A stretch of 64,000 nucleotides of DNA. It comes from Pyrobaculum sp. (lineage in GTDB: Archaea; Thermoproteota; Thermoprotei; Thermoproteales; Thermoproteaceae). Shown here piece by piece: positions 25,825 to 35,675 of the stretch (position 1 is its first letter; each line of letters starts with the position of its first letter). The notes beneath the pieces were generated by a model that made no database searches, was not told the origin of the DNA, and saw only the letters and a program-made list of their open reading frames with translations. The DNA is taken from the NCBI GenBank assembly GCA_038879095.1, contig JAVZUI010000003.1, forward strand, positions 9,640 through 73,639. Direction: 5' to 3'. The position numbers and the translations under genes are program-made.

Positions 25825-26610
25825 ATGGTTGTGTCTGTCTGCGACGTCTTTAGGGCCTTGGACCTCGCCTCGCGGAGGGGGTCCTCGGCGGTGCTTGTGA
25901 AGGTGTACGACGGGTCCCGCTCCTACGTGGACGTGGTGGTGGAGGGAAGCCCTCTGATGGGCCTTCTTCCCGAGTCTGTCCTCTCGGCCGTGGGCGGGCT
26001 GGGGGCCGTGGGAGAGAGGTTTGAGGGGTGGGTGGGGGCGCTGTACGTCTCGGCTGAGGTGGTCTTGGTGAGGCCGACGGTGGTAGTGGTGGGGTTCGGC
26101 GAGGTGGCGCGGAGGGTTTCCGAAGTGGCGGCGGCCATGGGCTACTACGTGGCGTCGGTGGGCCACAGGGCGGAAGGGGCCTTCTACGCAGGCGGGCTTG
26201 AGGACTTGGGCAGGCTGGTGTCGGAGGGCTCGGTGGTGGTGGTCGCCAACGAGGGGGGCCACCCCTCCGACGTCGACGCGGCGGAGCTTGCCATTAGGCG
26301 CGGGGCCGGGTACGTGGCTGTTCTGGCCAGCAGGAGGCGCGCCGCGTTGATAATTAGAGAGCTTGTGAGGAGGGGGGTGCCCCTCTCGGAGATAAAGGCG
26401 AGGCTTAGGGCGCCGGCGGGCTTAGACGTGGGGGCTAAGACGGCGGGCGAGATTGCGGTGAGCATAATGGCAGAGGTGGTGATGTACCTAAGGGGCGGCA
26501 CCGGCAGGCCTATGACAGAGGTGAAGAACCCCTACGAGGCGCTGGGCGAGGTGGAGGGGGAGGACCTCTCGAAGTACAGATGCGAGTGGCGGCCGGCAAA
26601 GGAGCTTTAG
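25825..26610 (+). CDS. XdhC/CoxI-family molybdoenzyme maturation protein
   Basis: An N-terminal XdhC_CoxI-like segment is followed by a Rossmann segment 'VVVVGFGEVARRV' and 'YVAVLASRRRAALI...LRAPAGLDVGAKTAGEIAVSIMAEV'. Confidence 0.75.
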   Translation: MVVSVCDVFRALDLASRRGSSAVLVKVYDGSRSYVDVVVEGSPLMGLLPESVLSAVGGLGAVGERFEGWVGALYVSAEVVLVRPTVVVVGFGEVARRVSEVAAAMGYYVASVGHRAEGAFYAGGLEDLGRLVSEGSVVVVANEGGHPSDVDAAELAIRRGAGYVAVLASRRRAALIIRELVRRGVPLSEIKARLRAPAGLDVGAKTAGEIAVSIMAEVVMYLRGGTGRPMTEVKNPYEALGEVEGEDLSKYRCEWRPAKEL

Positions 26611-26706
26611 CCGCGTCGAGGCATCCTCCCTCCGCTGGGTGTGAATAAAGACAAGGAAAGCTTAACCGCATATCAGTTTAATCCAGGCGTCTCCCTCCCA
26701 GCGGTG

Positions 26707-27135
26707 CTAAATTTCGTGGAATAGGTCCTCTTCTGTAATCACAGCATCAAGCTTTTCTCCTGCTTTTCTCAGAAAGCCCAGGAGATCATAATCTCTTGTG
26801 AGGAGTCTCAGACCTCTGTCTTTAGCTGTAGCGTACAGTAAGAGGTCTATTAAATCTTTGTGTCCCATTTGCCTCAGCTTTGCCGCCATGAGGTAGCCAA
26901 TGGGCGAGGGAGTTGCTTCGACAAACCTAGTTGTTATTGAGACCAAACCAGTCTCAAGTCTCGTCAGCTCGTACCTCCCTTTAAGGATTTTGCCCAAAGC
27001 CTCTAATAAAGAAAACGGGCTGTAGTACAGTTTTAAGTCGCTACGACCTTTAAGTAGTCTTAAAGTTGGCATCACTTCAGGCACCTTCACCCCAAGCATG
27101 GGTAGGAGGTAGGTGGTGTCAAGTAAGATTTTCAT
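26707..27135 (-). CDS. vapC: PIN-domain ribonuclease toxin VapC
   Basis: 'MKILLDTTYLLP' (first acidic residue) and 'DLLLYATAKDRGLRLLTRDYD'. The ATG lies inside the last codons of vapB. Confidence 0.8.
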   Translation of the reverse strand: MKILLDTTYLLPMLGVKVPEVMPTLRLLKGRSDLKLYYSPFSLLEALGKILKGRYELTRLETGLVSITTRFVEATPSPIGYLMAAKLRQMGHKDLIDLLLYATAKDRGLRLLTRDYDLLGFLRKAGEKLDAVITEEDLFHEI

Positions 27136-27358
27136 CTTGCCACCGCTCGCTCTCTTTCTCAAACTCCTCTACGGTCGTCTCTCCGAAGTAGGGCCCCTCC
27201 AGCGCCAAGTCGAAGGGGTCTGGGACAGGGACGAGCACTATCCTTCCCTCCTCCACCCTCAGCCTAACCTCCTGCCCCTCTCTAAGCCCCACGGCGTCTG
27301 CAATAGCCTTGGGAATGTAGATAGTAAATTTCTTAGACACCCGCGTCTTCACCTCCAC
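27119..27358 (-). CDS. vapB: AbrB/SpoVT-type antitoxin VapB
   Basis: 'TRVSKKFTIYIPKAIADAVGLREGQEVRLRVEEGRIVLVPV' is a swapped-hairpin AbrB-type domain. It overlaps vapC. Confidence 0.8.
   Translation of the reverse strand: MEVKTRVSKKFTIYIPKAIADAVGLREGQEVRLRVEEGRIVLVPVPDPFDLALEGPYFGETTVEEFEKESERWQDENLT
27138..27220. repeat. 83-nt exact repeat (copy 1, 3' part of vapB)
   Basis: Identical to 29063-29145. The wider similarity spans 27119-27358 and 29044-29283. Confidence 0.85.
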
Positions 27359-27512
27359 AGATTAAGATTTCTGAGGAAAATTAAATATTTCTGAAATACG
27401 GCGTCCTCGCCCTCCGCGCGTGTGCAATCTTGTGCCTTGCAACAGTCGTATTAACTGCCGTTCGACCGTGGTTATTGCGTCGGGTGCCCGCGGACGTTTG
27501 TGGCTCGTGCGC

Positions 27513-28190
27513 CTACGCCGCCCCTTTTCTGCCCCCTGTGCCCAACGCCAAGTACTTCCGCGACCTGGCCGCGAAGAACACGACGGCTACCATAGGAATC
27601 GTCGTCACCACGGAGGCGGCGCCTATTACGTTCCGTTCTGACCTGAACTCAGAGACCTGCAGTCGGCCGACCAGCAGGGCCACGGTCTGATGCTCCTCTG
27701 ATAGAAGCACGCTGGCGTAAAGGTACTCTCCGTACAGCTCCGCCGCAGATAACAACGCCACAGCCACGACGCCTGGGGCAACCGCCGGCAGGTAGATGCG
27801 GAGGAATCTTGCTACGGGACCCGCTCCACCCACGCGTGCGGCGCGCTCTAGATCTGGGTCTAGTTCCATGGAGAAGGCCGTGAGTAGCCACAACGCCAAC
27901 GGCACCGTGTAAATCTGATAGGCGAGGGATATGCCCAGATAGCTGTCCACAAGGCCGTACCTATACAGCACCTCGTAGGTGGCAGGCATGAATACGGCGG
28001 GTGGGATGGACCTAGACAGCCCCACTAGGACCACAAAGAGCGTTAGGAAGTTGGCGCTCACCCCTAATCTGGCCACGGCGTACGCCGTGGGAATCGACGC
28101 TACAAGAGTAATGGTCATGGATAGGGCCAGTATAATTGCAGTATTTGCGAAGGACTTGAACAGCCCAAGCTTAAGCTTTTCACCGGGTCA
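27513..28190 (-). pseudogene. 5'-truncated ABC transporter permease (MalG/binding-protein-dependent family) fragment
   Basis: EAA loop 'ELDPDLERAARVGGAGPVARFLRIYLPAVAP'. The frame opens right after a TGA at about 28191. The first TM and periplasmic loop (about 70-90 aa) are missing, with no upstream start. Confidence 0.6.
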
Positions 28191-28306
28191 ATATCTTTAA
28201 GTCGCACGTGTCTGGTTGGGCTGAGTAGGCCATTCTACGCATATTTTGGTGGTCCGCACGCGCCCCACCTATGGCCGCTCCTCAACTTGCCAAAGATACG
28301 TAAGGA

Positions 28307-28936
28307 CTAATAGTCGAGTACGGCGCCTCTGCACTCTACTTCCAGCTGGTCGGCAAGCTCCTTCGCCCTCTTGCGAATGGCCGACGCCACTATTAGTAGC
28401 CGGGGCTTTACGCCGCTGACTTTTTCATAGAGCTTGCCTATCCTGTAGAGCTCGGCCACGTCCGGCTTATCTGCATATGACTTAAACTCCACGAGCACGT
28501 GTTCGTTGTCTCTAACCAAGACGTCTACCTCTACGTAGCTGGGGTGTCCGTACACCGCGCCGTCTTTATCGAAGTAGGTCCACCTGCTGACTTTATACGC
28601 CCTTAGCAAGTCCTCCACTAGGTACTTTATGGACTCTCTGAAGGCCTCCTCGGAGACGACGCCCCACCTAGTGCCCAAGGCGTTGATCTTAGAAGTCAGC
28701 TCCACAATCGCCTTCGTATGCCTCTCAAGAATCTTTGCGTGTTTACTAACCTGCACTTGTAGCGTCCTTACCTGCTTTTGTAACGTCTTGACCTGCTCTT
28801 GGAGCGACTTTATAGCCTTCGTATTCTCGTCGATGCTCTGTAAAATCTTGTCGATGCCCAAAAGGCCGAGCACCGCGTACCTAAACTCCTCGTCCTCCCT
28901 CAACGCCTTTAAAAACGCCTCCTTGTTAAACGCCAT
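28307..28936 (-). CDS. DUF3782-like protein: N-terminal coiled coil plus C-terminal PD-(D/E)XK-like nuclease fold
   Basis: A coiled coil 'KSLQEQVKTLQKQVRTLQVQV' is followed by 'EVDVLVRDNEHVLVEFKS' (D...E.K pattern). The ATG is at 28934-28936. Confidence 0.5.
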   Translation of the reverse strand: MAFNKEAFLKALREDEEFRYAVLGLLGIDKILQSIDENTKAIKSLQEQVKTLQKQVRTLQVQVSKHAKILERHTKAIVELTSKINALGTRWGVVSEEAFRESIKYLVEDLLRAYKVSRWTYFDKDGAVYGHPSYVEVDVLVRDNEHVLVEFKSYADKPDVAELYRIGKLYEKVSGVKPRLLIVASAIRKRAKELADQLEVECRGAVLDY

Positions 28937-29043
28937 AGTAGCTATTTGATAGCCTAGATAAAAACTTTTGCCAAGACGCCGCCTATCCCGACAAACCCAG
29001 CACAGCACCAAGTTGCCGCGACTAGTGCAAACGAGGAAAGGCG

Positions 29044-29283
29044 TCAATCAAAGTTTTCCTTCTGCCACCGCTCGCTCTCTTTCTCAAACTCCTCTACGGT
29101 CGTCTCTCCGAAGTAGGGCCCCTCCAGCGCCAAGTCGAAGGGGTCCGGGACGAGGACGAGCACTATCCTTCACACCTCCACCCTCAGCCTAACCTCCTGC
29201 CATTCCCTGAGCCCCACCGCATTTGCGATAGACCTGGGGATGTAGATAGCGAACTTCTTCGACACTCGCGTCTTCACTTCCAA
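29044..29283 (-). pseudogene. vapB: Second vapB (AbrB-type antitoxin) copy with an in-frame TGA
   Basis: Colinear with 27119-27358, with 83 nt identical at the 3' end. The codon at 29170-29172 is TGA where copy 1 has GGA. Start is TTG. Confidence 0.7.
29063..29145. repeat. 83-nt exact repeat (copy 2, 3' part of the vapB pseudogene)
   Basis: Identical to 27138-27220. Confidence 0.85.
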
Positions 29284-29431
29284 AATCTTGAATTTTGAGA
29301 AAAGATATGAGATTGCAGGGCGCGGTAAATACGCGCCAAGTAGCTTCTAGGACGGACTGCTAAGTGGCGTACGCCCCGGCGCGGATCGCGGCGTCTTGGG
29401 TTAACTGCGAACCGACGCCGGACCCCACGCG

Positions 29432-29807
29432 TCACATGAGCAAAGCCTCTGTGGGCCTCAGCCTTTTTTGCACGGGGTCTGGGGTCAATCCCATCTGCTC
29501 CATCGTCACAGACCCCAGTAGGTACACGCCCTCGTCTCCGAAAACCACCGGCGTGGCGGAGGCGCTGAGGCCCTCCACCTCGATCCCCACCCCCTAATTC
29601 TCTCTCTACCACCTTGTTGTCAGCCAACCTCAGCCTTACCTTCCGCGTTGGCGCTACCCCTAGCTCTGCCAGCAGAGCCGCCGGGAGGACGGTGTACGTC
29701 GCCCCCCTATCAACTAACAGCGTAACCCTCTTCCTTCTACCCACACCTCTGGGGTTCCACACAGTGGCCTCTACGTAGAAGAGCTCCACATACGCAACTC
29801 CTCCCAA
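29432..29807 (-). pseudogene. Retropepsin-like (clan AA) aspartic protease, frameshifted in a G-run
   Basis: The N-terminal part carries 'TLLVDRGATYTVLPAALLAELG' (DTG-like DRG). After the run at 29585-29594 the homologous reading 'IEVEGLSASATPVVFGDEGVYLLGSVTMEQMGL' continues in another frame to TGA (29432-29434). Confidence 0.6.
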
Positions 29808-29834
29808 CTTTTTTATGTTTCCTTGCCGGCGGCT

Positions 29835-30479
29835 TTAGGCCTGCGCCTCGTAGGCCGCCTGCCAGAACTTCCACTCGTACTCGGAGGCCCGTTTGAAGTA
29901 GGGCCACAGCTCGTCTGCGCCTACTCCGCGGGAGTTGAGGAGGGCTTTTAGAGAGTCTACGAGGTCTCTGTACTCCTTTGACAGGTAGGTGGATGCCCAC
30001 TTGACGTAGACCTCCACCTTGTTCCCCCTGAGAGCCTCTCTGTGCCTCTCTGCAATTTCTGCGTATGTCCAGAAGCAGGGGAGGACGGCGGCCATGCAGT
30101 GGTAGAAGCCTCCGAGGGCGCAGGTCGCAGTTAAGAAGTCCATGTAGGCCTTGTTTACGTCGTTTGGCTCCGCCGCCGCGGCCGCCTCGATGGAGAGTCC
30201 AACTTCTCTAAGCAGGGCCTCGTAGTTGGCCATCTCCCCCGTTGCGGTCCCGTAGGCGAGGGATAGGGCGAGCTTCATGGAGGAGACGTCCGGCGCCTTT
30301 GCGGCGGCCAGCGCCAGCGCCTTTGTGAAGTGGATTAGGTAGTAGTAGTCTTGTAGTAGGTAGTACCTAAACTTCTCCATGGGGAGGTCCCCCCTGTAGA
30401 CCTCCACGACGAAGGGGTGCGCCACTATCCTCTCCCAAATCGGCCTAGCCCTCCCCCGAAGCTCCTCTGCAACTCCCAT
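29835..30479 (-). CDS. tenA: TenA-family thiaminase II / aminopyrimidine aminohydrolase
   Basis: 'WERIVAHPFVVEVYRGDLPMEKFRYYLLQDYYYLIHFTKAL' is typical of the TenA/THI-4 family. Confidence 0.85.
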   Translation of the reverse strand: MGVAEELRGRARPIWERIVAHPFVVEVYRGDLPMEKFRYYLLQDYYYLIHFTKALALAAAKAPDVSSMKLALSLAYGTATGEMANYEALLREVGLSIEAAAAAEPNDVNKAYMDFLTATCALGGFYHCMAAVLPCFWTYAEIAERHREALRGNKVEVYVKWASTYLSKEYRDLVDSLKALLNSRGVGADELWPYFKRASEYEWKFWQAAYEAQA

Positions 30480-30571
30480 AAGTACGAAATAGTTGGAAAA
30501 TAAAACATTTATCGCCAGGCCTACGGCGGAGCCCGCCGCTTCTGCTCGACAAGTGTCTCGCCTTCTGCGGC

Positions 30572-31195
30572 CTATAGAGACCTTAGCTCCACCTTGACGA
30601 CGCGGTCTATTTCAGCCACTGCGTAGTAGCCGTCTTTCAGCGGCCCCGGGTTGACCAACACGGTTTCCCCCAGGAGGCTTATCCCCCTGTCTTCGTGTAT
30701 GTGTCCGTGTACTGAGAGGAGGGGCTGCCTCTCCTTAATGTACCTCCTCACCGCGACGCTTCCAACCGGCTTGACGCCTCCCACTCTGTCTAGGCGGCCC
30801 CGGGGCGGGTTGTGCGTCACCAAGATGTGGGGAGGCGGGGTCAGCGACTTAAGCAAGGCCTCTATCGCCTCCTCGCTGATTTTAAACAGGTCTTTGAAGG
30901 GGGTGGGGAGGCTTCCTCCCACCCCGCCCACTGTGAAGGGGCCCAGCGGCGCCGTGGAGCCGTGTAGGGGGTAGACGCCGTCTGTGCGGAAGCGGGCCAG
31001 CTCCGGCGGGTCGGTGTTCCCGGGGACGAAGTAGACGGGGCCTATCTCAGCCAGCGCCGTGAGCGCCTCTACGGCCGCCTCCAGCGTCGCCTTGTAGGTG
31101 AAGTCGCCGGCTGCTATAACTGCGTCGAAGTCTCTGCCCAGCCTCTTGACGTTGGAGACTGCGTCGTGTACGTCGGAGACGAGCAGGAGGCGCAT
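30572..31195 (-). CDS. Calcineurin-like metallophosphoesterase
   Basis: 'LLVSDVHD', 'AAGDF', 'GNTD', 'THNPP' and 'HGHIH' motifs in the canonical order. Confidence 0.8.
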   Translation of the reverse strand: MRLLLVSDVHDAVSNVKRLGRDFDAVIAAGDFTYKATLEAAVEALTALAEIGPVYFVPGNTDPPELARFRTDGVYPLHGSTAPLGPFTVGGVGGSLPTPFKDLFKISEEAIEALLKSLTPPPHILVTHNPPRGRLDRVGGVKPVGSVAVRRYIKERQPLLSVHGHIHEDRGISLLGETVLVNPGPLKDGYYAVAEIDRVVKVELRSL

Positions 31196-31221
31196 GAGGC
31201 GTCGAAAAACCGGATTAAAAT

Positions 31222-32016
31222 CTATTCTCTGTAGTAGGGGGGCGCGGGGAAGGAGCCTTCTCTGACCTCTCTTGCGTACGTGGCCACGGCCTCTCTTATG
31301 AGAGAGGCGGCGTCTGCGTACCTCTTGGCGAAGCTTGGCGGCCTCTCCGAAAGCCCAATTACGTCGTGGAGGACGAGTATCTGCCCGTCGCAGTGAGGCC
31401 CGGCGCCGATGCAGATGGTGGGTATCCTCAGCGACTCGGTCACCTCCTTGGCGAGAGACGCGGGGACGAACTCGACCACCACCGCGAAGGCCCCGGCCTC
31501 TTGTAGGGCTTTGGCGTCTTCCAACACCTTCTTTCTCCCCTCCTCGGTCCTCCCGGCCATGCGGAAGCCGCCGAGGGTCAGCACCCTCTGGGGGTTTAGG
31601 CCTATGTGGCCCATGACGGGGACCCCGGCCTTGGTGAGCCTCTCCACGATGTGGGCGATCTCCGCCCCGCCCTCAGGCTTGACGGCCTCGGCGCCTGCCC
31701 TTATCAGCTTGGCCGCGGCCCTCAAGGCGTCTCTGGGACCAGTCTCGTAGGTCATGAAGGGCATGTCCGCCACCACCAAGGCCCTCGGCTTGGCCCTGGC
31801 CACCGCGGCGACGTGTACCAGCATGTCAGTGAGGGTGACCCTGAGAGTGTTCTCGTATCCTAGCACCACCATGCCCAGAGAGTCCCCCACCAATATGCCG
31901 TCTACGCCGGCCTCGTCCACAAGCCTCGCCGTGGGGTAGTCGTAGGCCGTGATCATGGCAAGCCTCCTCCTCCCCTTAGACTCGAGGAAGTGGCGCACAG
32001 ACTTTTTCTCTGACAT
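31222..32016 (-). CDS. panB: 3-methyl-2-oxobutanoate hydroxymethyltransferase (ketopantoate hydroxymethyltransferase)
   Basis: 'ITAYDYPTARLVDEAGVDGILVGDSLGMVVLGYENTL' and 'VVADMPFMTYE' are PanB hallmarks. Confidence 0.9.
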   Translation of the reverse strand: MSEKKSVRHFLESKGRRRLAMITAYDYPTARLVDEAGVDGILVGDSLGMVVLGYENTLRVTLTDMLVHVAAVARAKPRALVVADMPFMTYETGPRDALRAAAKLIRAGAEAVKPEGGAEIAHIVERLTKAGVPVMGHIGLNPQRVLTLGGFRMAGRTEEGRKKVLEDAKALQEAGAFAVVVEFVPASLAKEVTESLRIPTICIGAGPHCDGQILVLHDVIGLSERPPSFAKRYADAASLIREAVATYAREVREGSFPAPPYYRE

Positions 32017-32162
32017 AGGAGAGGAGAGCCACGTTTTAAAAAACTTGACCGCCTCAGCCGCGTAGAGCCGTCAGCCTGCCCCTCGCGGCGGCGCCTCGTT
32101 ACGGCACCTGCGGATCCGGGTCGCGTCGGGGGCTACGCCGTGGCGTTGAGAGGCGCGCGGCC

Positions 32163-32585
32163 TTACAAGACGGCCTTGGCTTTTGATATGTTCACTGCGT
32201 CTTGGTATTTCGAGGCGATCTCCTCGTCGGCGGTGACCAGGCGGACGCCGAGGTGTTTCGACAAGGCGACGTAGGCGGCGTCGTATATCGTGAGGTCTAG
32301 CTCGTACGCCGTCTTTGCAGTGAGCGTGGTCAGCTCCCCCGCCATAGAGAATAGGGCTAGTTGCAGGTCGTCGAGTATCTTCGCGGCTCTTGTCAACTTC
32401 TCGGCGTCGAATACGCGGGAATACCTCAAGGCGTTTAGCACTTCGTAGTGTATGAGGGCCGGCGCGGCTAGGGTTAGGGAGCCCGCCACGTGTCTTTTCA
32501 AAAGCTCCAGCGACGCGTCTGAGTACTCCTCTACGACGAATCACTTCACCGCCACTGAGGCGTCTACTACGGCCGTCTTCGCCAT
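32163..32585 (-). pseudogene. vapC: PIN-domain VapC with an in-frame TGA at the conserved Trp position
   Basis: Reads 'MAKTAVVDASVAVK*FVVEEYSDASLELLKRHVAG...'. TGA at 32541-32543 sits where PIN N-termini have 'VKWF'. The C-terminus carries 'IYDAAYVALSKHLGVRLVTADEE'. Confidence 0.7.
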
Positions 32586-32806
32586 CTCTTTATCTCAGCC
32601 AGGGAGTCCCAGCCCCTGGCCTCTTGGCGGAGCGAGTAGAGCTCCAGCAACGCGTGGAGAGCGCGCTCTCGGTCTATACGCAGGGCCTCTTGCCTCGCTA
32701 TCTCCTCGGCAATGGCCCGCCTCACCACCTCGCTCCAATTTACGTGGCTCAGCTCCTCCATCTTTTTCTTCAGCTCGCGGCTCACGCGGAAGCTCACGAC
32801 CTCCAC
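32567..32806 (-). CDS. vapB: VapB-type antitoxin (ribbon-helix-helix-like)
   Basis: The 79-aa ORF 'VSFRVSRELKKKMEELSHVNWSEVVRRAIAEEI' overlaps the vapC start. Confidence 0.6.
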   Translation of the reverse strand: MEVVSFRVSRELKKKMEELSHVNWSEVVRRAIAEEIARQEALRIDRERALHALLELYSLRQEARGWDSLAEIKRWRRRP

Positions 32807-33146
32807 GACGTATTACACGTATTACTTAATAAACTTATCGGCAGACGGCTCCCACACTCCCAGCGGCAAAAGGCCCAGCTCATAAGGCTCGACGGCCACC
32901 GCCCCGTGTCTAAGAAGCCACATGAAGACTCTGCACCGAGACGGCGTAGCCCCTGCGTTACGGGGTCTCCGGCGAAGCGGCAAAACCCGGACCAGCTGGT
33001 GGCGCAAAATCGGCCATACGCCGGGCTGGGCGCTTAGCGGTCTGCCGTAGAACATCTTCGTAGAGATTTGCCGCCAATATTTAAGCCGATTAGCTTGATG
33101 TTAAAAATACATGAAAAATTATAACTATACATATTTATCTTAAAGC

Positions 33147-34526
33147 ATGGCTAAATTTGTGCCGGACCCCACTCTCTACCCGACGCCTAGAGACGCGATG
33201 AAGGCCCCTCCTGAGGATCTGGCCTACGTGGCTGCGTTGTATGTTGGAACTGGGATAGAGAGACCAGACTTCCTCGCCGTGGTGGACGTGGATCCCAAGT
33301 CCCCCACCTACGGCAAGATTATATACAAACTGGAGATGCCTCATGTCGGCGACGAGCTTCACCACTTCGGCTGGAACGCCTGTTCCTCCGCCTTCTGCCC
33401 AAACGCCAGGCCGTTTTTAGAGAGGAGGTATCTGATCGTCCCAACCCTGCGCACTTCTAGGATATACGTGGTGGACACTAAGCCGGACCCCAGGAGGCCT
33501 TCTCTGGTGAAGGTAATAGAGGAGGGGCCCGCCAGGTCTGGCTACACTAAGTATCACACTGTCCACTGCGGCCCCGACGCCATTTACATATCTGCGCTGG
33601 GAGGCCCAGACGGCAGAGGGGGGCCCGGAGGGGTATTAGTCCTCGACCACGACGATTTTAAAGTCTTGGGCAGGTGGGAGGTGGATAGGGGTCCTCAGTA
33701 CCTGGCCTACGACTTTTGGTGGAACCTCCCCAGCGGCTACATGATAACCAGCGAGTGGGCCACGCCTGAGTGTTTTGAAGACGGCTTTAACCCCGGTTGT
33801 TTGAAAGAGGGTAGGTACGGAAATAGGCTACACGTCTGGGACATGGCCAAGAGGCGGCACCTATACGCCGTCGACCTGGGGCCGGAGGAGAGGATGGTCT
33901 TGGAGGTGAGGCCTCTGCACGACCCTACGAAGCTGATGGGCTATGTAAACGTGGTGCTGAACACCAAAGACTTGTCTAGCTCTGTGTGGCTTTGGTTCTT
34001 CGAAGACGGCAGATGGCGGGCGGAGAAGGTGATCGACATAGACGCCCAGCCCTCGGAGGGCCCCCTCCCGCCGCCGTTGAGAGACTTGAAGATGGTGCCG
34101 CCCCTGGTCACCGACATCGACATTTCGCTAGACGACAGGTTCCTATACGTGTCGCTTTGGGGCATCGGGGAGCTGAGGCAGTACGACATCACAGACCCGT
34201 TTAGGCCGAGGCTTGCCGGCGTCGTCAAGCTGGGCGGGATATACCACAGGGCGCCCCACCCCACGGGGGCTGAGCTGAGCGGAGCCCCTCAAATGATCAG
34301 CGTGAGTAGAGACGGGAGGCGGGTATACACCACAAACAGCCTGTACAGCTCTTGGGACAACCAGTTCTACCCAGGTCTGAGGGGCTGGATGGCAAAGATA
34401 AACGTGTCGCCCGAGGGCGGCATGACTGTGGAAAAAGAGTTCTTGGTAGACTTCGGAGAGGCGAGGGCACACCAGGTTAGGCTGAGGGGAGGGGACAGCT
34501 CCACAGACAGCTTCTGCTTCCCATAA
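33147..34526 (+). CDS. 56-kDa selenium-binding protein family (SBP56/methanethiol-oxidase family)
   Basis: 'DPTLYPTPRDAMKAPPEDLAYVAALY', 'DFLAVVDVDPKSPTYGKI', 'GDELHHFGWNACSS' and 'RIYVVDTKPDPRRP' are strong family signatures. Confidence 0.9.
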   Translation: MAKFVPDPTLYPTPRDAMKAPPEDLAYVAALYVGTGIERPDFLAVVDVDPKSPTYGKIIYKLEMPHVGDELHHFGWNACSSAFCPNARPFLERRYLIVPTLRTSRIYVVDTKPDPRRPSLVKVIEEGPARSGYTKYHTVHCGPDAIYISALGGPDGRGGPGGVLVLDHDDFKVLGRWEVDRGPQYLAYDFWWNLPSGYMITSEWATPECFEDGFNPGCLKEGRYGNRLHVWDMAKRRHLYAVDLGPEERMVLEVRPLHDPTKLMGYVNVVLNTKDLSSSVWLWFFEDGRWRAEKVIDIDAQPSEGPLPPPLRDLKMVPPLVTDIDISLDDRFLYVSLWGIGELRQYDITDPFRPRLAGVVKLGGIYHRAPHPTGAELSGAPQMISVSRDGRRVYTTNSLYSSWDNQFYPGLRGWMAKINVSPEGGMTVEKEFLVDFGEARAHQVRLRGGDSSTDSFCFP

Positions 34527-35087
34527 ATGGACACCCTTTTTCTCTCCGTTTTGCTTGGGCTTTTCCACGGGCTTGACCCCGGGAAGGGCTGGCTCTTCGG
34601 CGTGTATACGTATCTCTACACTAAGTCTAGGGCGAGGGCCGCCTCCGCCATCGTAGCCGCCTGGACAGGCCACTCAATTGCGGTGTTGGCGACGGCCGTG
34701 GGCGCCCTGGCCCTCCTGCGGGAGGCCTCTGCGGCGGCCTCTATGGCGTTGGCCCTAATCATGGTGGCGATAGGCCTCGCGGCGTTTTTTAAACACTTTA
34801 ATTGGCTAAGGCCTTGGAGCGGGGCGAGAGACGTCCTCGCCTTCAGCGCATTGGCCGGCGCGGCGCACGGAGCCGGCCTGCCTCTGGCCTACCTATGCGG
34901 CGCCAGCCCCCTCGCGATACTGTTAGCCCACATATACGCCACCCTGGCGGCCATGTCCGCCTCAGCAGCGGCGTTCTCGAAGGCGCTGGCCCACTTAAAA
35001 AGGTGGTGGATAAACTACGACGCCCTGTGGGGCGCCGTGTTGATCGCCACAGGCGTAGCGCAACTGGCTTGGAGAGTTCTCCTCTAG
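34527..35087 (+). CDS. Integral membrane protein of unknown function, co-transcribed with SBP56
   Basis: The ATG directly follows the SBP56 TAA. There are 5-6 hydrophobic segments, with 'HGLDPGKGW' and 'GAAHGAGLP' motifs. Confidence 0.5.
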   Translation: MDTLFLSVLLGLFHGLDPGKGWLFGVYTYLYTKSRARAASAIVAAWTGHSIAVLATAVGALALLREASAAASMALALIMVAIGLAAFFKHFNWLRPWSGARDVLAFSALAGAAHGAGLPLAYLCGASPLAILLAHIYATLAAMSASAAAFSKALAHLKRWWINYDALWGAVLIATGVAQLAWRVLL

Positions 35088-35199
35088 ACGCGTCGGCTCG
35101 GAGAGGACTAAGGCCTACGTCGTGCCGGCCGCTCGCTCCGCCCCACTGCGTCGGCTAAAGCGTGCCGCGCTCTGCCTCCCAAGCTTATAAACTTTAGAC

Positions 35200-35675
35200 G
35201 TGTCGATACGTGTGGGCGTGGCCTTGTCGCCGCATATCGCAGAGATCTTAAGGAGGCTGGCAGGCGATAAAGATGTGGAGATGTTTCTGCTGGATGTATT
35301 GGCGCCTCGTTTAGACCTGCGCGAAAGCGTAGAGGCGTATTTAAAACTCCACGAGAAGCCCCTGGCGGAGGCTGAGGAGCTCTACTCCAGGGGCGACCTC
35401 CTACAGGCGGGGGAGAGTACTGGGGCGCCGCCGCCTTGCTCAACGCGATCGCCGAGAAGAGAGGCGTTCCCCACCACAGCCACAGAGACTACGACCTATT
35501 GATAAATAGGCTGTTTAAGGAGGCGCGCGAAAAAGAGATAGTCGTCTGGTTCAGAATGGCGGAGGGCCTACACGCCAACTTCTACCACAACTTCATGGAC
35601 AGAGAGGAGTTCGAGCTGCACAGGGAGGCGGTCTTGAACCTAGTCAAGAGGCTGAGAGGATTGGCGGCGTATTAA
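35200..35675 (+). pseudogene. PaREP1-family protein with a 1-nt frameshift
   Basis: Frame 1 reads '...LYSRGDLLQAGE', then frame 3 reads 'YWGAAALLNAIAEKRGVPHHSHRDY...LHANFYHNF'. The junction 'GAGAGTAC' (about 35413-35420) looks like GAG-AAG-TAC minus one A. Confidence 0.6.
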
